Assembly: GCA_021513695.1 (NCBI GenBank)
Contig: CP084166.1
Span: 1,120,001-1,184,000, forward strand
Origin: Candidatus Heimdallarchaeum aukensis
GTDB taxonomy: Archaea; Asgardarchaeota; Heimdallarchaeia; Heimdallarchaeales; Heimdallarchaeaceae
DNA length: 64,000 bases
Direction of reading: 5' to 3'
In this document: piece after piece, positions 1 through 8,572 of the stretch
How the letters are laid out: the number at the start of each line of letters is the position of its first letter
Position numbering within the stretch: the stretch's first letter is position 1
The notes under the pieces: model-generated
Database searches by the model: none
Told to the model about the DNA's origin: nothing
What the model saw: the letters and a program-made list of their open reading frames with translations, nothing else
Program-made: the position numbers and the translations under genes

Positions 1-1
1 T

Positions 2-559
2 AAACGTAGGGCAAAGTTACAGTCAATCTATGACAAGCAAGGATTAACCACCTGGGGAAGAAAAATGTTTCAACTCCAGTTAGAACGAATGTGTAAAATC
101 ACCAACTATTTCCATAAAGCAAGTAGAAAAATAGTAGACTATTGTTCAGAAAAAAACATTGATACGATAGTTATAGGTTACAACCCCCGATGGAAACAAG
201 AAGTGATTATGGGTAAAAAGAATAATCAAACCTTTGTTTTTATACCCTTCAAATCGCTAATTGACAAAATCACTTACAAAGCAGAAGAAAAAGGAATAAA
301 AGTTCTTCCTACCGAAGAGTCCTACACCTCTGTCTACAGTTTCTTGGATAATGAAGAGATAGCTTTCCACCTCCATTATGCTGGTAAAAGAATCCATCGT
401 GGACTATTTATCAGTACCAGAGGATTAAAAATTAATGCTGATATCAACTCTGCAGGTAATATCGGTCGCAAAGTATTCCCCACGTTATTCTCTGTTATGT
501 CTAACTACGGGATAGTCTGGGGTGCAGTGGTTCACCCCGTCCGTTGGAAAATAAGTTAG
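2..559 (+). CDS. tnpB: TnpB (IS605 OrfB-type RuvC-like endonuclease), C-terminal ~185 aa, 5'-partial at window edge
   Basis: The frame of tracked ORF 65-559 stays open back to nt 2 (KRRAKLQSIYDKQGL...). About 92% aa identity by eye to ORF 9850-10728. RuvC-type motifs TEESYTS and INADINSAGNI are present. Confidence 0.85.
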   Translation, partial: KRRAKLQSIYDKQGLTTWGRKMFQLQLERMCKITNYFHKASRKIVDYCSEKNIDTIVIGYNPRWKQEVIMGKKNNQTFVFIPFKSLIDKITYKAEEKGIKVLPTEESYTSVYSFLDNEEIAFHLHYAGKRIHRGLFISTRGLKINADINSAGNIGRKVFPTLFSVMSNYGIVWGAVVHPVRWKIS

Positions 560-639
560 TTAGTTGAGTTAGTTAGTCCAGCTCTTACGCTGTTCTTTCT
601 TTCTCTTTATTTTTCGACCGACTAAACTTACTCTTTCTT

Positions 640-660
640 CCGATTTTTAATCAAAATCGG
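640..660 (+). repeat. Right-end subterminal hairpin of IS copy A (CCGATTTT-TAATC-AAAATCGG)
   Basis: Perfect 8-bp inverted repeat, conserved at 10803-10823 in copy B. It lies about 20 nt from the element end, as expected for IS200/IS605 right-end / omega-RNA structures. Confidence 0.6.
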
Positions 661-687
661 AATTTGGGAAAAGGTAAACCATAAGGA

Positions 688-1677
688 TTAAGGTATAAGT
701 CCCCAGAAAAAGGCTTCCAAAAGTTTTGTTTTGAACTCTTTAGTTGTAGAGTAACAGGAAGAGAAGAAAGCTACATTATCGAGTATATCTTGCAAATTGC
801 TGAAAAATGCACCATATTCTACACTTAGCTTTTCAATATCGACGTTATAACGAATCAATACACCTATTTTCTTCAAGTTCTTTTTCTTAAGCAATGAATC
901 CTTGAGTGATTGATATTTCTCTTTCATGATGTCTAGCATCAACAAGAGAACTTCTTGTTCATTAGCAATATCGCTATCAATCTCTTCTAAAGGAATAATT
1001 GAAAACTGGAAAGTTTTAGTTTTTATTATTCCTACCTCATCTTCAAATTTAACAAAGGTAAAAGGTAATGTTAAGAGCAAAGAGGCGAATGAGTTCTTTA
1101 TCTTTTCAACTTCTTTCTTTGAGTAAAGTAGAGCTATTTTTTTAACTTTAGTTTTAAATAATCCTTTACTAATAAGTTCTTTTAGTTCTTGAGTAAGAAG
1201 ATTTGCTTGTGAAACACTTAACAACTCTCTTACAATCCTTTCATATTCGTTAACAATACTTGTCAATAGTTTTTCATCTACTTGATCAATAGATTTAATG
1301 TTATGAAACTTATAAATGAGCAATTTAGCAAACTCTTCTCTAAAATCATCTATTTTGCTTACTATTTCAGGAACAAGACACAATAACAATCCTATGGTTT
1401 TCTTTTTCATTCTTTTATCTTGCATCGTAGGATCGTCAACTAGGAAAGAAAACGCATATTGAACAAATCCTTCAGAGAAGGCAAAAGGGAATGGTCCATA
1501 CAGTTCAGAAGATATTTCATCAATGTCAACTACACCTTGAAAAACAAGTGAATAGGTCATAGCTCCAGAGAACTCAAACTTATCTATTATCTCTTCTTCA
1601 AATTGAGTCTCTTCAGATGTTACCATTTGAGTTAATGCTGGACCTATATCTTCAAGTTTAAACAATGCTATAAGCAT
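688..1677 (-). CDS. Hypothetical protein (329 aa), N-terminal alpha/beta module followed by a helical region
   Basis: Long ORF with coding-like composition. I recognise no confident family; see the finding on a possible longin/uDENN-like N-terminus. Confidence 0.6.
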   Translation of the reverse strand: MLIALFKLEDIGPALTQMVTSEETQFEEEIIDKFEFSGAMTYSLVFQGVVDIDEISSELYGPFPFAFSEGFVQYAFSFLVDDPTMQDKRMKKKTIGLLLCLVPEIVSKIDDFREEFAKLLIYKFHNIKSIDQVDEKLLTSIVNEYERIVRELLSVSQANLLTQELKELISKGLFKTKVKKIALLYSKKEVEKIKNSFASLLLTLPFTFVKFEDEVGIIKTKTFQFSIIPLEEIDSDIANEQEVLLLMLDIMKEKYQSLKDSLLKKKNLKKIGVLIRYNVDIEKLSVEYGAFFSNLQDILDNVAFFSSCYSTTKEFKTKLLEAFFWGLIP

Positions 1678-2000
1678 AATTATAACTATTTAAAAAAGAA
1701 TATTAAAACTTTACATATGCTTGACCTGTCTGTTTACTCAATAGACCTAGGTTACACTTTTGGGCACTAGAGAAACACAGAGGTGATTCATAAGTTTTTT
1801 TCCAGGAGTAGGGAGGTTAAGAGACTAGTGAAGGAGACTAAAATTGTAGTAAGAGCGGTAGAAGGAGAGGTCGGGGGAGCAGTAGGTTAGTCCTAGTCTT
1901 TTCGCTCACGGATGATCATTTACCCTCGTAACCCACTTTCTATTTGTTTGTTACCAACGTAGGTAGAGTAAATAGTTCAAAGAAATAAGGCTTTTATTAA

Positions 2001-2041
2001 ATAGAGAATCTTTTAGACTATTCTCTATGTAAAAAAAAAAG
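2001..2041 (-). terminator. Candidate terminator of the LVIVD-repeat gene: T10 tract followed by a 9-bp-stem hairpin
   Basis: On the minus strand a T10 run (2031-2040) starts 5 nt after the stop. It is followed by ATAGAGAAT/ATTCTCTAT inverted repeats (2001-2009 / 2020-2028). Archaeal termination uses oligo-T tracts. Confidence 0.45.
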
Positions 2042-2045
2042 AAAA

Positions 2046-4817
2046 TTAATTCTTTTTTCTCTTTAGGACTGCTAAGCTAAAGAATGAAAGAATAGTAATA
2101 GTAATAAGAGGATGAAAACTTAAAATCATTGTATTATCATTCGAGGTCGTATTTTCATCTTGGGATTCAACAACTTCAAAAGAATAATAGTTTCCATTAT
2201 TATCTGCAATGGCTTCATTTGGATTAGCAGCAATGTCTACAGCTTTGATATAATATTCTACATAATCTCCAGCGTCTAGAGGACTTAACGTTTTAGTATA
2301 GAGATATCCATCGGAAGAACTCATTGATTTAGCATCCCAAGCTCCACCATTAATTCTTATATAGAGTGTAACTGAAGCGATACCAACATTATCTGTAACC
2401 TCTGCAGAAATTTTTACATAATCTTGAGATGTTGGATTTGAAGGGCTATGAAATACATTTTGGATTGTAGGTTTTTGAGTATCTGGTTCTAATACGGTAA
2501 AAGAGTAATATAGACCATCGTTGTCGTAGGTAATTGTGTTGGAATTTTCTGAATTATCAGCACAAGTAATATAATAATCTATTTTCTCATTTGCTAAAAA
2601 TGATCCTATGTTTTTTGTAAATTTGTTCTGAATTTGAGAATCCACTTCCATTTGTGCTTCATTCCAGGCTGAACCATCAACCCGATAGTACAAAGTAACT
2701 GAAGCTATTCCTGAAGCATCTTCTAAATAAGCTAGAATAGTAACATTTTGACCTTCAAAAGGATCAGCTGGACTATGAGTTATTTCTACAAGCTCAGGAG
2801 GAGTAGAATCTGGTAAAAGTTCAAAGATAGATAGACCAAAAGTTTTCGAACCTACATATACCATTGAATTATTTACAAAAATTGTATCACATTGAGCATA
2901 TCCACCATATTCCCAACCTAAGGAATTGGAACTAGCAATCTTTTCAAGATTTGAAGGGTCAACAGTGACATTAAAGACTTCTAAACCATATCTGAAAGAA
3001 GTTACATAGAGTAGGCCATTTTTATAATAGAAATTAGACGGATAATAATCTGTAAATTCTTTTAGCTTCATTATACTAGTTATATTTGATATATCAAACA
3101 CTTTGAATGATGACCCACATGCAAGATAAAGGTAGTTTCCAACTATTTTAAAGTTAAGAGTATTCTCATTATCGGAGAAATATGATAACACTTGAGGATT
3201 ATATAAATCAGAAACGTTTACGAAAACTAATTCATTGTAATCGTAATACCTGCTTCCAAGAACAACTATATCCCCATATTTATCTATGTCAGTTAAAATC
3301 GCAGAAGATACGCTTATTGAAGAGATTTCGTATGGGGTAGTTGGTTCTGTCATGTTAACAATAAGCAGTTTACCATCTTCGTCAGATACTAAGAATCCAA
3401 TGCCATTTTCAACTACGATATCTTTAATTCTTTTGTGTGTTCCTACAAATTGTCCTATTTTATTTGGACTAAGAGGGTCTGTGATATTCAAAATATCTAT
3501 TCCATCCCAAGATTTTGCAATATAGGCTCTATCATCCTCAACCTCTAGTGCAAAAATCTCTCGATACATACCTTCATTAGTTAAGTATTGAGAAATTATT
3601 TTTGGAGATGAGGGATTTATAACATCAATAAATGTGATATCACCTTCTCCATTTGCGACAACAACATTTGATTTATAAGTAGAAATATCAGTAATCCAAC
3701 CCCATTGGGTAGTAATATCTAAGAGCTCTGGATTGTATATATCGGTAACATTAACTGTTATCAATCCTCCTCCCCCTCCAGCGATGTATGCAAATTGTTG
3801 ATTATATACAATAAGGTCATTAATTCTATTGTATTTAACATTACAACTTGAAATTAAAGTAGGATTCGAAAGAACAGATACATTAAACAATCTCATATCC
3901 ATGTAAGTACAAGTAACATAAAGAATCTGATTTTCAAGGTAAAGCCCCGTCATTCCTGCATAAGGTTCAGAATACTCTCCGATCTTTACGGGATTAGATG
4001 GATTTGTACAATCTAGAATAATGAGATGATCTTGTCTGTCTGCAATATATACGATATCATTATCCGCAATGACATCACAAGCATAACAATTATAAGTTGC
4101 TAATAAAGCTGGTGATGAGGGATTTGAGACATCAAAAATTTTCACGCCTAAATTTTGATCCGCGGCAAATATAGTTGAACCTTCACCTGTGATACTTTGA
4201 GGAAATTCAAAATTACTTGTCATTGCAAGAAATTCAGGATATTGGGGATCAGAAATATCATAAACACAAAGACCTTTGTTAACATCAGTTATATATGCAT
4301 ATGAATCATTTAGATATATAGAAGTGGGTCTTTGTAAACTCGATTCAGAAGCAATGAGTTGTGGATTAGCTAAATCAGTTGACATATCTAGTACAATCAA
4401 TCCCTTTCCATCAACAACTAAGTAAGCATAAGGATAGTCAATCTTTACATCTAAGACACGACCATCAAAATCTAATTCATTAGAGATCGTAGGGTGAATT
4501 TCATTTTCAATATTGAAAATAGTTAATCCCCTTGCATCATTAGCAGCATAGATGTAGTTTCCATATTGTTCAATTGAAATTGTTGTACCTTTGTAATAAG
4601 TAGATAAGTGATTTAGTTCCCGTTTAGGTGCATTTTTTTGTTTTTCAATGTCTTGAAGTTTTATCGTTGTTTTATCTTGTTCCATGCTTGCTCCATCCGT
4701 CAATTTAACTAATTTGGAAGTTTCATCCAACAAATTATTATTTAAATTAGATCCAATAACAAAAATGAAGCTTAAAGCAATTAATTTATAGATTTGGTTC
4801 TTTTTTATAGTTTTCAT
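2046..4817 (-). CDS. Secreted LVIVD-repeat beta-propeller protein with two tandem Ig-like modules and a C-terminal membrane anchor (923 aa)
   Basis: The N-terminus looks like a signal peptide. There are at least 11 LVIVD-type repeats (GLIVLDMS, GLCVYDIS, VKIFDVSNPSSP, LIILDCTNPSNP, ITFIDVINPSSP, IDILNITDPLSP, LLIVNMTEPTTP...). Two ~105-aa paralogous modules follow (..GIASVTLYYRVDG.. / ..GIASVTLYIRING..), then a terminal TM helix plus KRKKN. Confidence 0.8.
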   Translation of the reverse strand: MKTIKKNQIYKLIALSFIFVIGSNLNNNLLDETSKLVKLTDGASMEQDKTTIKLQDIEKQKNAPKRELNHLSTYYKGTTISIEQYGNYIYAANDARGLTIFNIENEIHPTISNELDFDGRVLDVKIDYPYAYLVVDGKGLIVLDMSTDLANPQLIASESSLQRPTSIYLNDSYAYITDVNKGLCVYDISDPQYPEFLAMTSNFEFPQSITGEGSTIFAADQNLGVKIFDVSNPSSPALLATYNCYACDVIADNDIVYIADRQDHLIILDCTNPSNPVKIGEYSEPYAGMTGLYLENQILYVTCTYMDMRLFNVSVLSNPTLISSCNVKYNRINDLIVYNQQFAYIAGGGGGLITVNVTDIYNPELLDITTQWGWITDISTYKSNVVVANGEGDITFIDVINPSSPKIISQYLTNEGMYREIFALEVEDDRAYIAKSWDGIDILNITDPLSPNKIGQFVGTHKRIKDIVVENGIGFLVSDEDGKLLIVNMTEPTTPYEISSISVSSAILTDIDKYGDIVVLGSRYYDYNELVFVNVSDLYNPQVLSYFSDNENTLNFKIVGNYLYLACGSSFKVFDISNITSIMKLKEFTDYYPSNFYYKNGLLYVTSFRYGLEVFNVTVDPSNLEKIASSNSLGWEYGGYAQCDTIFVNNSMVYVGSKTFGLSIFELLPDSTPPELVEITHSPADPFEGQNVTILAYLEDASGIASVTLYYRVDGSAWNEAQMEVDSQIQNKFTKNIGSFLANEKIDYYITCADNSENSNTITYDNDGLYYSFTVLEPDTQKPTIQNVFHSPSNPTSQDYVKISAEVTDNVGIASVTLYIRINGGAWDAKSMSSSDGYLYTKTLSPLDAGDYVEYYIKAVDIAANPNEAIADNNGNYYSFEVVESQDENTTSNDNTMILSFHPLITITILSFFSLAVLKRKKN

Positions 4818-5006
4818 TTATAAAGCACCATTCGTGTACTATTCTATGTTAAATAAATTAGATTATAAAAATATTATGGAAAACTAAATAGTTAAAATGT
4901 TCTATATTTTTTTCTTCATTTGAATATGTTATTATTTTCTTCCACATGTTTCTGTTGGTTAAAATTGCCTTTATAAAAAAGAAAATGAGTGAATATTTAT
5001 CATAAA

Positions 5007-6029
5007 CTATTTTTTCTTTTTCATCAAAATCCATGAAGTCAATGAAAGTAGTATTAGAGAGAAAATAGCACCAATGAACGGAAATGAAGCACTCTCTGCT
5101 AAATTTTCTGGATTTTGAAGTGCATAAATATCATATTCAATTAATGAAATATATGAAGTTAATCCAAAAGCTGGTAACAATGGTGACAAAGAAGCAATTT
5201 TCGCTCCTGTTTCGCTCACAATCTGACTTATTACATTTGCATCAAATTGTGGTTGAACAACAATAGTTTTCACATTTTCTTCTTTCATCTCATTTATTAC
5301 ATTCTGTATATGCTCGGGACTGGGCTCTGTTTCATGTTGTTCTTCAATTATTGCAACTCTTTCAATACCTAAAAGATCAAAAAGATACATAAAAGAGGGG
5401 TGATGTACAACAACTTTCATTCCTTCAACTTCAGGTCTGTATTCATCATTTATTCTTTTTATTAAGTCATCAAGATCATACAGATAGTTATCTCTATTAG
5501 AGAGGTATTTTTCTTCATTTTCAGGGTCTAAGGAAATAATTGTTGTAGTAATATTTTTCACAAAACTTTTTGCATATATTGGACTCATCCATACATGAGG
5601 ATTAAGAAAACTCTCATCTGCTGCAGGATCCTCTCTCATTATACTCTCATTAGCCAATGTAATAACTACCAAATTAGGATTATCTTCTAATATTGAATCC
5701 ATAGCTGAAGAAAGCCAAGATTCTAGTCCTTCTATCCCTAAACGTATGAGAACATCTGCTTCTGAAAGCAATTCTCGTTCTTGAGTAGTCATTTCATATG
5801 TATGAGGATCTTCAAGACCAGAAACAATAGAGATAGGAGTGAACAAACCTTTCCCAATTTCATAAGCCCAATTTTGTACTATACCTATAGTTGTAACGAC
5901 GTTTAAAGTGTCATTAGGGTCAAATTCTTGTTTTTGCAGTGCTAAAGCGAGATTCCTCTCAGTATTAAGATTTGCGAACATTAACGCTGTGAAGAATAAG
6001 AGAAAAGCCATCATTCTTTTTTTATTCAT
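5007..6029 (-). CDS. Metal (Zn/Mn/Fe) ABC transporter substrate-binding protein, ZnuA/TroA family, with C-terminal TM anchor
   Basis: N-terminal signal/TM, the NPHVWMSP motif typical of the ZnuA/TroA family, and a neighbouring permease, ATPase and DtxR-type regulator. C-terminal hydrophobic helix plus KKKK. Confidence 0.8.
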   Translation of the reverse strand: MNKKRMMAFLLFFTALMFANLNTERNLALALQKQEFDPNDTLNVVTTIGIVQNWAYEIGKGLFTPISIVSGLEDPHTYEMTTQERELLSEADVLIRLGIEGLESWLSSAMDSILEDNPNLVVITLANESIMREDPAADESFLNPHVWMSPIYAKSFVKNITTTIISLDPENEEKYLSNRDNYLYDLDDLIKRINDEYRPEVEGMKVVVHHPSFMYLFDLLGIERVAIIEEQHETEPSPEHIQNVINEMKEENVKTIVVQPQFDANVISQIVSETGAKIASLSPLLPAFGLTSYISLIEYDIYALQNPENLAESASFPFIGAIFSLILLSLTSWILMKKKK

Positions 6030-6044
6030 TTGTTTTACCTCCGA

Positions 6045-6062
6045 TTTACGACTCTTCGTAAA
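6045..6062. promoter_or_regulatory. Candidate operator palindrome TTTACGA-CTCT-TCGTAAA between the divergent znuA-like and dtxR-like genes
   Basis: Perfect 7-bp inverted repeat with a 4-bp spacer, 16 nt upstream of the znuA-like start codon, in the divergent intergenic region next to a DtxR-family repressor gene. Confidence 0.35.
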
Positions 6063-6117
6063 TATTTCAATAAAACAAAATTTATAAACTTTACTTTATT
6101 TCAATTTATTAGAAAAG

Positions 6118-6573
6118 GTGAAAAGCTTGATCTTAGAAGATGATCAACAGATAGATATTTCTATCAATGAAAAAATAATTCTAGATTTTCTCTATCGCTG
6201 GATTCGTCCTATTCGCGTAGGAGACCTGAAAGATTATTTGAATGTTAAACATTCTACACTTAATTCACAGCTTCAAAATTTAGAAGAAAAACAACTGATT
6301 AGATGGAAAAGATATGGTAGTGTAGAACTTACAGAAAAGGGAAAGAAGTATTCATCTCATTTAACTCGTCATCACAGGATTTTAGAACTATTTCTTGTTG
6401 AAACTCTTTCCATTTCTATATCTGAAGCACATGAGATTAGTACAGAGATAACTCCTGTGGCTAGTTGTAAGTTTATTCAACACATAGTCCAACGATTTGG
6501 TGAACAAGAAAAATGTCCTTGTGGGAATGAAATCCCCAAGATTGAGGGTAAATGTTCAATTGGAGGGGTCTAA
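6118..6573 (+). CDS. DtxR/MntR-family metal-dependent transcriptional regulator (GTG start)
   Basis: wHTH followed by LTEKGKKYSSHLTRHHRILELFLVETL, the DtxR-family dimerisation/metal-site helix pattern. First gene of the permease/ATPase operon. Confidence 0.8.
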   Translation: MKSLILEDDQQIDISINEKIILDFLYRWIRPIRVGDLKDYLNVKHSTLNSQLQNLEEKQLIRWKRYGSVELTEKGKKYSSHLTRHHRILELFLVETLSISISEAHEISTEITPVASCKFIQHIVQRFGEQEKCPCGNEIPKIEGKCSIGGV

Positions 6574-7596
6574 ATGGGTTCGTTTCTAGATTTTTTCTAT
6601 GCATTAGCAAATTATAGTTGGATGCAAAGGGCCTTTTATACTGCTTTGATAGTAGGAATTGTTGGTGGAATTATTGGAGTTTTTATTTTGTTGAAGGGAA
6701 TGGTATTTCTAGGTCAAGCAATTGCTCATACGGCTTTTGCTGGTGCAGCTCTTGCTATTTTATTAGGGATAGAACCTTTATACATAATAATTATTTTTGG
6801 AGTTATTGCTGCATTGGGTGTAGGGTACGTTAATGAGAAGAAAATTATGAAGGAAGATATAATCATCGGTGTAATTTTCACTTTTTTCATGGCATTAGCT
6901 ATAATATTCATCACTCTAAATAAGCAATATAGTACTGATGTCAATGCTATTTTGTTTGGAAACATCTTATTGGTTTCAAAGCTTAATTTTGTCGTCTTAA
7001 TTATAACTTTAGGAATAGTTGGGGTGTTGATTCTTGGATTAAAGAAAGAGTATTATCTTATAACATTCAATTCTGATATAGCTACAGTTTCTGGAATACC
7101 TGTAAAATTATTAGAATATCTTTTACTTATATTACTTGCATTAACAATAGATGTATCTCTTAAAGCTATTGGAGCGATTTTAGTTTTTGCCATGATTGTT
7201 ACTCCAGCTGCAGCAGCTTATCAATGGACTTTCAAGATTAACAAAATGCTACTGCTATCGTCATTGATCGGAGTGATTTCTAGCATAGGAGGGTTGTTCC
7301 TTTCCTATCTCTTAAATCTGTCAAGTGGTGCAACTATAGTAAGCTTATCTACCTTGATTTTTCTCTTTTCTTTCATAATGTCACCAAAACGTATCAAAAC
7401 AGGTTTTACTACAGCTGAATGTAAATTCTGTAGACATGTGATTAATGGAGAAAGTTACTGTTTAGATGAACCAGAGTGTAGAGCTTTAGATATTCCTCAT
7501 TACCATGATGATAAGGGAATAATTATTTTGAAAAAGGACATTAAACCTCTCTCCACTCCAACAAAACATAAACATGACAAAGAGGAGGAGAAATAG
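6574..7596 (+). CDS. Metal ABC transporter permease (ABC-3/ZnuB/TroCD family) with a ~75-aa Cys/His-rich cytoplasmic tail
   Basis: Polytopic hydrophobic protein. Its start abuts the regulator stop (TAA ATG) and its stop abuts the ATPase start (TAG ATG). The tail is ECKFCRHVINGESYCLDEPECRALDIPHYHDD...KHKHDKEEEK. Confidence 0.85.
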   Translation: MGSFLDFFYALANYSWMQRAFYTALIVGIVGGIIGVFILLKGMVFLGQAIAHTAFAGAALAILLGIEPLYIIIIFGVIAALGVGYVNEKKIMKEDIIIGVIFTFFMALAIIFITLNKQYSTDVNAILFGNILLVSKLNFVVLIITLGIVGVLILGLKKEYYLITFNSDIATVSGIPVKLLEYLLLILLALTIDVSLKAIGAILVFAMIVTPAAAAYQWTFKINKMLLLSSLIGVISSIGGLFLSYLLNLSSGATIVSLSTLIFLFSFIMSPKRIKTGFTTAECKFCRHVINGESYCLDEPECRALDIPHYHDDKGIIILKKDIKPLSTPTKHKHDKEEEK

Positions 7597-8367
7597 ATGC
7601 AGCTCAAACAAGAATCTAATAACTTAACTTCAAATAGAGATCACTCAGATGTAATTGTATGTCTCAAAGATGTTTCTGTTGCTTATGGGAAGAACATAGC
7701 TTTATACAAAATTAACTTAGATATAGAAAAAGGAGAATTTATTGGAATTGTTGGCCCTAATGGAAGCGGGAAAACTACCTTACTCAAAACTGTTCTTGGG
7801 TTAATTAAACCTATTCAAGGAAATATACGCCTTTTCAATCAAAACATAGATGGAAAGATACCCAGAGAGATTAAGAATAAAATAAGCTATATTCCTCAAT
7901 TTACACCCTTTGATAAGAACTTTCCTGCTTTAGTTGAAGATGTTGTTATGATGGGAAGATATAACAAAATAGGTATGTTCAGGGTTCCTTCTAAAGAAGA
8001 TAGAGAGAGAGTAAAACACGCTTTAGAGCTTGTAAAAATGGATAACATGGCACATAGACCTATAGGACATTTAAGTGGAGGTCAACAACAGAAGGTAATG
8101 ATTGCACAAGCTCTTGCTACTTCTCCATCCATACTCCTACTTGATGAACCAACATCAGCATTGGACTTTAAAATGACTAAAAACGTGATGGACATACTTA
8201 CCCAACTTAATAAGACATATGGAATTACAATAGTAACAATTCACCATAATTTAAGAATAATTAAAGAATATACAAAACGAGTAATAGCAATCAACAAAAC
8301 TCTTGTTTATGATGGATCACCCAATGACTCCCAATTTGATGAGATAATTGATGAAATGTACATCTAA
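7597..8367 (+). CDS. Metal ABC transporter ATP-binding protein (ZnuC/TroB-like)
   Basis: Walker A GPNGSGKTT, ABC signature LSGGQQQK, Walker B LLLDEPTSALD. Confidence 0.9.
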   Translation: MQLKQESNNLTSNRDHSDVIVCLKDVSVAYGKNIALYKINLDIEKGEFIGIVGPNGSGKTTLLKTVLGLIKPIQGNIRLFNQNIDGKIPREIKNKISYIPQFTPFDKNFPALVEDVVMMGRYNKIGMFRVPSKEDRERVKHALELVKMDNMAHRPIGHLSGGQQQKVMIAQALATSPSILLLDEPTSALDFKMTKNVMDILTQLNKTYGITIVTIHHNLRIIKEYTKRVIAINKTLVYDGSPNDSQFDEIIDEMYI

Positions 8368-8572
8368 CCTTTTTTTATTTTATTTTTTTCAAAAATATTT
8401 ATATTCCACCTTCTAATAGTTATCAAATCAGTAAAATATATGCAAAAAATGATTGCAATGGATAGTGGATTTGTTGCTTTATTAGTTATTATCGTCATTA
8501 GTGGATCATTGTTAATTTATGATCTATTTAAATTCGTAATTACAATAAAAAAAGAGATCGCGAGAAGAAAAA

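Larger units (their letters stand above)
1..682 (+). mobile_element. TnpB-only IS200/IS605-family (IS1341-like) element, copy A; the 5' part lies outside the window
   Basis: nt 1-682 align by eye with nt 10170-10845, with scattered substitutions and small indels just after the stop codon. Similarity ends after the shared GTAAACCAT (674-682 / 10837-10845). Confidence 0.8.
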
